The notes under the pieces are model-generated. The model saw only the letters and a list, made by a program, of their open reading frames with translations, did not search any database and had not been told where the DNA came from. This document shows, piece by piece, positions 1-6,337 of a stretch of 15,849 nucleotides of DNA. A program made the translations under genes and the position numbers. This stretch comes from Candidatus Thorarchaeota archaeon (GTDB lineage Archaea; Asgardarchaeota; Thorarchaeia; Thorarchaeales; Thorarchaeaceae): the NCBI GenBank assembly GCA_048882385.1, contig JBHLRQ010000010.1, positions 1-15,849 on the forward strand. The letters run 5' to 3'. Numbering within the stretch: the first letter of the stretch is position 1; each line of letters opens with the position of its first letter.

Positions 1-10
1 AATGTTTAGT

Positions 11-23
11 AAAAGAGAAAGGA
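11..23 (-). terminator. Putative archaeal oligo-pyrimidine/U-rich terminator at the end of the hdr-mvh-vhuU operon
   Basis: Minus strand reads TCCTTTCTCTTTT immediately after the base of the SECIS-containing stem. Archaeal intrinsic terminators are typically U-rich tracts. Confidence 0.45.
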
Positions 24-24
24 T

Positions 25-123
25 GGAAGGAGGTGCGACCAACGCACCCTTGCGGGGTGTGTCAGACCCGGCCCGTTCGTTTACGGCCAGACCTTCATCC
101 GCCGCTGGTCACAAGCTCCTTCC
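25..123 (-). promoter_or_regulatory. Eukaryote-type SECIS element (selenocysteine insertion sequence) within an extended stem
   Basis: Minus strand, paired by hand: AUGAA (98-94), GGUCUGGCC (93-85), GU-AAA-CGAACG (84-74), GGCCGGGUC (73-65), UGAC (64-61). This gives a UGAN/NGAN core, a 9-bp helix (plus 2 bp after a bulge) and apical AAA 12 nt after AUGA. Lower helices are GUGACCAGCG (112-103)/CGUUGGUCGC (44-35) and GGAAGGAG (123-116)/CUCCUUCC (32-25). The core lies about 80 nt downstream of an in-frame UGA. Confidence 0.85.
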
Positions 124-247
124 TGACTATCTCGCGACCCTCATCGTCAACCACGACGAAATGAGCGCCGCAGGATAGTCAGCAGTCGTAGCACCGCACA
201 ACCATCTCAATTAGGTTGAGCAGTCCTTCAGGTATTTCTTCAGTCAT
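95..247 (-). CDS. vhuU: Selenocysteine-containing small [NiFeSe]-hydrogenase subunit (separately encoded C-terminus of the large subunit), 50 aa
   Basis: Manual translation: MTEEIPEGLLNLIEMVVRCYDC-U-LSCGAHFVVVDDEGREIVRKELVTSGG*. The TGA at 181-179 occupies the first Cys of the L2 motif (RxxDPCxxCxxH), and the motif continues after it. A GGTG SD-like site lies upstream, and the ATG is 11 nt after the vhuA stop. The upstream large subunit lacks this motif. Not in the ORF track. Confidence 0.93.
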
Positions 248-258
248 ATTTTACACCA

Positions 259-1575
259 TTATCTCTTGACCATCGGTTCAGGAAGTACAAGGCTCTCATG
301 GGCCTTGTCTTCGAATATCTGCTTCGCTGCGACCATGAGGCTCTTCTCAATGCCTGCGATGTTGTTATTGGTCGCAACTACCAGATTGGCTTTAGTAAGC
401 ATCCCTTTTTCATCTGACACATAATTGTGCATCAGAGTTCCTCTTGGAGCCTCAACAATACCGACTCCATTGCCTGCCTTGGGTTTAACATCAGCAAGTT
501 TCACATCAGTATTGCAGATGTCAGGATCCTGCAGCAAAGTGGCAATCCATTCGAAGGCTTGGACCATCTCGACGATTCTGGCATAGTGATAAGCGAATGT
601 GTGATGTGATGGTCTTCCTACGAGTTCACGCATCTCCTTGAGAGCTGCATCAGCGAGTGGTGTTGCCATCCTCTCATTCACATTGCATCTTGCAAGGGTG
701 TTTGCTCTCCATATTCCTTCAGGATAGCCTGCAGGTTTGTAGTACATGTGAGTTGCATAGCTATGTTTTGCTACATGCTCTCCATAATACTTAGTGTAGT
801 CCTTGGGTTCAAAATCAGCCACAATCTCACCATCTGGCTCCTGTACTCTGACTGTTCCATCATAGATGTCAAGAGTTCCCTCGTTCGAGAGACCGATGTA
901 GTATGTTGGAACAACAGCTACTTTGGTGATGACATCCAGATAGTCATTCACAACTTTCTTGGCAAGATCCACTGTGTTCAAGGTGAGTTGTTGAATCTCC
1001 TCGAGTCGACCCAGGAAGAAGTCTCGGTCCTCTTCCTTCAAAGACATAAGTGATCCTCCAGGAATTTGAGTTGTCGGGTGGATTGCTTTGGCCCCAACAG
1101 TCTTGATTAGCTCTTGACCAAACTCCATCATCTTGATTGCCTGCACTGCGACATCCGGGAGGTCTCTCAAGACTGCAGCGACATTCCTGTCAGCTGGGTT
1201 GGCGAAGGGGCCATAAACAAAGTCTGGTGCTGCAAGGGCATAGAAGTGGATGACATGAGATGAGAACTGCTTAGCCTCAATCATCAAACGTCTCAACTTT
1301 ACGGCAGCTGGGGGAGGAGTAATGTCCCAAGCAGCTTCGACAGCCTTCACTGATGCTAGGTGGTGTGGAATAGGACAGATTCCACATATTCTGGGGGCAA
1401 TCCTAGGAGCTTCCTCCATAGGACGTCCCTCAAGGAATTTCTCGAAGAATCTGGTCGAGTTAACGTTGAATTGGACATCCTTCACCTTGCCGTCCTTGCT
1501 CAGTGTTAGTGTTAGTGATCCGTGACCCTCCAATCGGGTAACGGGATCAATTCTTATTGTCTTGTCGCCAGTCAT
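259..1575 (-). CDS. vhuA: F420-non-reducing (group 3c) hydrogenase large subunit, split form (VhuA/MvhA) without the L2 motif
   Basis: N-terminal PVTRLEGHG, L1 motif RICGIC, and EAPRGTLMH. The protein ends without DPCxxCxxH. ATGA overlap with mvhG. Confidence 0.93.
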   Translation of the reverse strand: MTGDKTIRIDPVTRLEGHGSLTLTLSKDGKVKDVQFNVNSTRFFEKFLEGRPMEEAPRIAPRICGICPIPHHLASVKAVEAAWDITPPPAAVKLRRLMIEAKQFSSHVIHFYALAAPDFVYGPFANPADRNVAAVLRDLPDVAVQAIKMMEFGQELIKTVGAKAIHPTTQIPGGSLMSLKEEDRDFFLGRLEEIQQLTLNTVDLAKKVVNDYLDVITKVAVVPTYYIGLSNEGTLDIYDGTVRVQEPDGEIVADFEPKDYTKYYGEHVAKHSYATHMYYKPAGYPEGIWRANTLARCNVNERMATPLADAALKEMRELVGRPSHHTFAYHYARIVEMVQAFEWIATLLQDPDICNTDVKLADVKPKAGNGVGIVEAPRGTLMHNYVSDEKGMLTKANLVVATNNNIAGIEKSLMVAAKQIFEDKAHESLVLPEPMVKR

Positions 1576-2495
1576 TTGTTTTTGACCTCCTCGCGTTTGA
1601 TTCGAATATTACCCAAGTAACTTGTTGGATAGTCGAATCGATAGAATGTTCCTAGCGGGTCTTTCACTTGTTCCTTGATCTCTTCAGGTGGAAGAGGTGC
1701 ATAAGTTCCAAGCATAGCCATTGAGTTTGAACCATGGTCCTGGGTGATTGGAGGTGGTGGACCAAAGCATCCTCTACATGTGGCACCCTTGTTTACACAT
1801 TGACCTTCACATAGTCCCCATGTGGACGATCCAACGCAGATGTAGCCTTGTTCAAGCAAACATCTGTCAGGATCTGCAATTCCTTCATAAGGACGAAGAA
1901 TTTTCTCAATTGGGGTTTCTTTCTTCTCTCGATTGCAGTAATGGCAGACAGTGTGAGGTGGTAGCTCGATTGGTTCTCCTGCCAGTAGCTTGCTCACAGC
2001 AGTAAGTATCAGACTTGAAGTGGGAGGACATCCTGGTAGGTATATGTCAAAGTCAACAAAGCTACTATTTGGTTTCACCACAGGAGCAATACCAGGCAAG
2101 TTCTCACTGGGTACAACACCATCTGTAACGGTGGCATTGTTACGGAACTTGACATCATAGCATTCCTCAATGTCCGAGAAATTAGCAAGACCTGGAATAC
2201 CCCCAAAGCATGAACAGGAGCCAAATGCAATCAAGACTTGACACTTATCTCTCATTAATTTGAGTAAATGAATATCCTCCTCTGTTCGGGCCATGCCCTC
2301 ATAGAGACCAACAACTATCGACTTGTCTTCATAGCTCTCGAGGTGGTGGAGCTTGAAGTCAGCGACAGCTTGCCAATACTTGATTTCAAGAGCGGGTAGA
2401 ACAGTAGCTAGGTTGAGATGAATATCGACCAGACTCTGGAAACATCCCCAACATGAACTGCCTTGACCCATTGCAATAGACACTGGATCTCCCAT
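1572..2495 (-). CDS. mvhG: F420-non-reducing hydrogenase small Fe-S subunit (MvhG/VhuG)
   Basis: CWGC, GSCSCFGGIPGLAN, PGCPP, VCHYC, CLLEQGYICVG and CRGCFGP motifs. Lies between mvhD and the large subunit. Confidence 0.93.
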   Translation of the reverse strand: MGDPVSIAMGQGSSCWGCFQSLVDIHLNLATVLPALEIKYWQAVADFKLHHLESYEDKSIVVGLYEGMARTEEDIHLLKLMRDKCQVLIAFGSCSCFGGIPGLANFSDIEECYDVKFRNNATVTDGVVPSENLPGIAPVVKPNSSFVDFDIYLPGCPPTSSLILTAVSKLLAGEPIELPPHTVCHYCNREKKETPIEKILRPYEGIADPDRCLLEQGYICVGSSTWGLCEGQCVNKGATCRGCFGPPPPITQDHGSNSMAMLGTYAPLPPEEIKEQVKDPLGTFYRFDYPTSYLGNIRIKREEVKNK

Positions 2496-2498
2496 TTC

Positions 2499-2735
2499 CT
2501 AGACCTCCTTTAATACGAAAACCATTTCGTGGTTCTCTTCTCCAATTGCCTCAACAATTCCCCATCGCAGCATTCCCATGAGATTCCATACAACGAGATC
2601 TTTTGCATAAATTGTATTTTCTGCAATCTTTGAAACAGATGCAGGTCCGTTTTTGAGTACAGTCTCAATTGCCTTTCTTTGTGTTCGGACATTGCCCTTT
2701 TTCTGAGTGAAGTAGCTAGCAAAGAGACGACTCAT
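2499..2735 (-). CDS. Small putative winged helix-turn-helix protein, 78 aa
   Basis: The ATG at 2735 overlaps the mvhD stop (ATGA) and follows GGAGG. The ORF fills the mvhD-mvhG gap exactly. LKNGPASVSKIAENT...VVWNLMGMLRWGIVE resembles a wHTH pattern. The track start at GTG 2741 is the alternative. Confidence 0.7.
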   Translation of the reverse strand: MSRLFASYFTQKKGNVRTQRKAIETVLKNGPASVSKIAENTIYAKDLVVWNLMGMLRWGIVEAIGEENHEMVFVLKEV

Positions 2736-3175
2736 CTCCACTCCCTCCTAATCGGACCGAGCTCTCTCACTTGTTCGGTGAGTGTTCTAACACCATCAGC
2801 AAATATCTGCGCTTCAGATGCACTCGCCCACTGGAGTCTGACCCTCCGCGGATCTACGCCAGCCTGCTCAATTGCAGTTTCCATCAAAGCCCATCGTGCT
2901 CGAGCTTTGAGATTGCCGCTAGTATAGTGGCAGTCTCCAGGGTGACACCCCGAAACAAGAACGCCATCAGCTCCCATATCGAGTGCAGCTAGAATGAACT
3001 CTGGACTTATGCGTCCTGTACAGTTCACACGCAGGATTCTTGCATTTGTTGGGTATTGAATCCTGCTCGTTCCCGCAAGATCAGCTCCTGCATACGAGCA
3101 CCAATTACAACAATATGCCATAATTCTTGGTTCCCATTCTTCTTCTTGTTTTGTAACAGTTTCAGCTGTTGTCAA
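2732..3175 (-). CDS. mvhD: Hydrogenase/Hdr [2Fe-2S] adaptor subunit MvhD (Cys form)
   Basis: CCNWCSYAGADLAGTSRIQYP, RVNCTGR and GCHPGDCHY signatures. The TTG start overlaps the hdrA stop (TTGA) and is preceded by GGAGGTG. Confidence 0.95.
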   Translation of the reverse strand: MTTAETVTKQEEEWEPRIMAYCCNWCSYAGADLAGTSRIQYPTNARILRVNCTGRISPEFILAALDMGADGVLVSGCHPGDCHYTSGNLKARARWALMETAIEQAGVDPRRVRLQWASASEAQIFADGVRTLTEQVRELGPIRREWR

Positions 3176-4923
3176 GCTGAACCACCTCCTTCAGCTTCAG
3201 GTGCAGGACATAGGAAAGCCTCCACCATAGTTAGAATTTGATCATCGGTAGAATGATACATCACGATCGCACTACTCGGGCATGATGCAGCACAGGTGCC
3301 GCAGGAATGGCACTTGGCTTCAGTGACCATAGCTATTGGTGGATCATGAGTCTCATCGAATGTGATAGCATGATAGGGACATGCAGTCAGACAGGTGTGA
3401 CATGATGAGCATAGTTCTGGAATAACGTGTGCAACAGTCGATTCGATCTCAACATCACCTTGCGCCATTAGACCGACTGCCTTTGCGGCTGCCCCACTTG
3501 CATCAATTACAGACTCAGAAGCGTTCTTTGCCGCTTGAGCAGCACCAGCTATCATCACCCCTGCAGTGTGAGTGGTGAGAGGTGCTAGTTTGATATGTTC
3601 AGGATTGAAGAAACCATCACCGCTTCGAGTCAGACTGAAAGTATGTGAGGTTTCTTCTACGTCATCTGGTGGAATCATAGCACTAGAAAGAATCACCATG
3701 TCAGGTTCAAATTCAAGGGGTTCTCCTGCAAGGACATCAAACCAGTTCACCATGATCTTGCCATTGTTTACTGTAACTTCAGGTTTAGCATCCCTTGGAA
3801 ACTTGCTATAGATGACATGTTTTTGCCGCGCCATTCTGTGTAACTCTTCATGTCCTTTGCCATAGGTTCGAATATCTTGATACAAGACAAGAGCTTCGTC
3901 GACTCGACTTCGAAGATCTGATGCAGCTTTAGCAGTGGCTGAGCAACAATGCCTTGAACAATGTTCGTGACCCTTGACTCCAGGTTCTCGAGACCCAACA
4001 CAACCGATGAAGACGATATTCTTTGCTGGCTTTCCAGTACTGGGAACTAGAAGGGTATCGCTGGGTGGAAGTTTCTGAAGCTCTGCTAATGTCAGAATGT
4101 CTGGAGACTCGCCATAACCGTAGTAACCTACAGGCCTGAATGGTTCAAACCCAGTAGTGACAATAGCGGTTCCTACTTCTATCTTCTTTTCTTGTCCAGT
4201 CTTCAGATTCTTTATTGTAGCAGTAAAATTACCGATGTATCCTTCAAAAGAAGAAACCTTGCTATCAAGATGAACCTTGATTCGTTTGTGTTTGTTTACA
4301 GCTTTGACTAGAGGTACAATGACATCAACACCAGATTGACCCAATGGGAAGAGGTGTGTCCAATTTACAACATTCCCGCCGAGTTCCGATATCTTCTCAA
4401 TTAGCACAACATCGAAACCTCTTTCTGCAATATCTAGTGCTGCTCGTAATCCAGCAATTCCACCACCAACAATCAAAGTTGTGGGTAGAACCCGTACCTT
4501 CTTGACAGGTAGTTTCTCCAATTTTGCAGCTCTGGCTACAGACATCCTTACGAGATCATTTGCCTTTTCTGTTGCAAGTCCAGGCTCTCGCATATGACAC
4601 CAAGACACATGCTCACGAAGGTTGACTTGGTCAAACAGATATCTGTTCACACCTGCCTCTTCTACGACTCTTCGGAATGTGGGTTCATGCATCCGAGGGG
4701 AACAACTAGCTACAACCACACGGTTGAGGTTATGTTCAGCAATCTTCTCTTTAATGAGAACCTGTCCAGCATCTGAACACATGAACATTTCATCTGTGGC
4801 ATGGGCAACTCCAGGCAATTTCGAGGCCATTTGTGCAACTTCTTTAACATCAACAGTACCAGCGATATTGTGTCCACAGTGGCAAACAAACACGCCGATT
4901 CTAGCTTCGTTAGTTTCTGACAT
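3172..4923 (-). CDS. hdrA: Heterodisulfide reductase subunit A-like flavoprotein (N-terminal domain, FAD domain, C-terminal ferredoxin; no inserted ferredoxin)
   Basis: IGVFVCHCG, MCS, VVASCSP, NLREHVSW, GGGIAG, CVGSR..CSRHCC, and C-terminal CSSCHTCLTACP / CHSCGTCAASCP. Confidence 0.92.
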   Translation of the reverse strand: MSETNEARIGVFVCHCGHNIAGTVDVKEVAQMASKLPGVAHATDEMFMCSDAGQVLIKEKIAEHNLNRVVVASCSPRMHEPTFRRVVEEAGVNRYLFDQVNLREHVSWCHMREPGLATEKANDLVRMSVARAAKLEKLPVKKVRVLPTTLIVGGGIAGLRAALDIAERGFDVVLIEKISELGGNVVNWTHLFPLGQSGVDVIVPLVKAVNKHKRIKVHLDSKVSSFEGYIGNFTATIKNLKTGQEKKIEVGTAIVTTGFEPFRPVGYYGYGESPDILTLAELQKLPPSDTLLVPSTGKPAKNIVFIGCVGSREPGVKGHEHCSRHCCSATAKAASDLRSRVDEALVLYQDIRTYGKGHEELHRMARQKHVIYSKFPRDAKPEVTVNNGKIMVNWFDVLAGEPLEFEPDMVILSSAMIPPDDVEETSHTFSLTRSGDGFFNPEHIKLAPLTTHTAGVMIAGAAQAAKNASESVIDASGAAAKAVGLMAQGDVEIESTVAHVIPELCSSCHTCLTACPYHAITFDETHDPPIAMVTEAKCHSCGTCAASCPSSAIVMYHSTDDQILTMVEAFLCPAPEAEGGGSA

Positions 4924-4935
4924 TTACTTATTCTC

Positions 4936-5802
4936 CTAGTGTGCTTCAAGGATTGCTTGAGGTTTGATTTTGATTAGTTGAATTCCGAGTGAGTCACCAT
5001 CGATTCCAAGTGCATGACCCAAGAACTGTGGGAGGGTTATGACAGGAATCTTTGGTTTGTCATCGGATCCTTCCCCAAATTGAACCTGGGTCAATTGAAT
5101 ATCACAGAACACACATGCTGTGATAATTCCGTCAGCATTTTCTGCACGGATGTTCTCGATTTTGTCACGTCCAATAGCATTCCCGACTTCTTCATCCATA
5201 GCGAGGAGAGGACCACCACAACATCGGGTTTTACCATTGTAGTCGACAGCTGTTCCTCCAGCTGCTCGTATTATCTGGTCAATGATAGTTGGATTTTCTG
5301 CATTATCGACCTGAACAATTTCTTCAGGACGGGTTACGTGACAACCATAATGTGCAGCCAAGCGAACATCCTTGTAGGGATTAACAACTGCAGATCTGAT
5401 GGCATCATAGCCAATGTCTTCCCTGAAAATTTGTAATAGATGTTTGACTTGTACATTCCCAGTATACTTCAGACCTTCCTCTTCTAAGACATCGTTGACC
5501 TCAGCCAGTAGTTCTTCATTGTTATCTAAGTCATGTTTGACATGCTTGAGGGAACCAGAGCAGGCACCACAGATGGCTAGAATATCCATATTCATGCTTT
5601 CAGCAAGTGCAAGAATTCTTCCACTCATAGCAGCAAACGCAACATGGTTTACTGACTCAATGTATTGAGCACCACAACAGTTTGCATCCTTCATTGTTAC
5701 TAGTCGGACACCAAGTTTCTCCATAACAAGCTCTACTGCTTTCTCATACGCAGGAAGTCTCACTGGAGTCGTGCAACCAGTGTATAGTACGAATTCCTTC
5801 AC
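4936..5802 (-). CDS. hdrB: Heterodisulfide reductase subunit B
   Basis: Two CCG domains: YTGC...NCCG...CGAC and HYGCH...RCCGG...CVFC. GTG start 1 nt after the hdrC stop, with GGAGG upstream. Confidence 0.93.
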   Translation of the reverse strand: MKEFVLYTGCTTPVRLPAYEKAVELVMEKLGVRLVTMKDANCCGAQYIESVNHVAFAAMSGRILALAESMNMDILAICGACSGSLKHVKHDLDNNEELLAEVNDVLEEEGLKYTGNVQVKHLLQIFREDIGYDAIRSAVVNPYKDVRLAAHYGCHVTRPEEIVQVDNAENPTIIDQIIRAAGGTAVDYNGKTRCCGGPLLAMDEEVGNAIGRDKIENIRAENADGIITACVFCDIQLTQVQFGEGSDDKPKIPVITLPQFLGHALGIDGDSLGIQLIKIKPQAILEAH

Positions 5803-5803
5803 T

Positions 5804-6319
5804 TCAGGAACCTCCTTCGAAATATCTCTTCTTTAGCTTCTTGACAAAATCATTATTCCAACCTAAGTCAGTGTCAAGACCTAAATCGTCACGATCATCT
5901 TCCTCGAAGTCTGTATACGCATCATTGAGCAACCAACCATCCTCAAGCACCTTATTGATCGTATTCTGGAAAACAGGAGGTATATACCCCTCACGAGCGG
6001 CCATCTCTCGAACTGCTGTGAAAATCTCTGATAAATCGACATCTTCCTGGCATCTTTCCTCACACAGTCGACATGTCATGCAAAGCCATGGCAGCTCACT
6101 CTTCAGAACTTCCTCTCGCTTTCCGAGGAGTATCTTCTGGATGAGCTTTCGCGGTCGATAGCGTTCAGTTTTACTTGCAACCATGCACGAAGCAGTACAC
6201 ATTCCACATTGAATGCACTGCATAATACCTTCGCCACCAGGCTCTTGACTTATCTCCTTGGCAAAGCTTGAACTGGGTGCATGATTGATTGGTGGTTGTT
6301 CTCGAGTTTGCTGTGTCAT
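5804..6319 (-). CDS. hdrC: Heterodisulfide reductase subunit C
   Basis: Two [4Fe-4S] motifs, CIQCGMCTASC and WLCMTCRLCEERC. Directly upstream of hdrB, with a GGTGA SD. Confidence 0.93.
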   Translation of the reverse strand: MTQQTREQPPINHAPSSSFAKEISQEPGGEGIMQCIQCGMCTASCMVASKTERYRPRKLIQKILLGKREEVLKSELPWLCMTCRLCEERCQEDVDLSEIFTAVREMAAREGYIPPVFQNTINKVLEDGWLLNDAYTDFEEDDRDDLGLDTDLGWNNDFVKKLKKRYFEGGS

Positions 6320-6337
6320 TTTTCACCACTCTCTCTT

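Noticed and set aside
1-97. Further Sec read-through at the in-frame TGAs 97-95 and 64-62
   Set aside because: Both are SECIS core nucleotides. The read-through peptide (RSGRKRTGRV, then HTPQG...) resembles no protein I recognise.
179-247. vhuU as a pseudogene with a premature stop
   Set aside because: The TGA sits exactly on the known Sec position, the motif continues after it, and a SECIS-like element follows.
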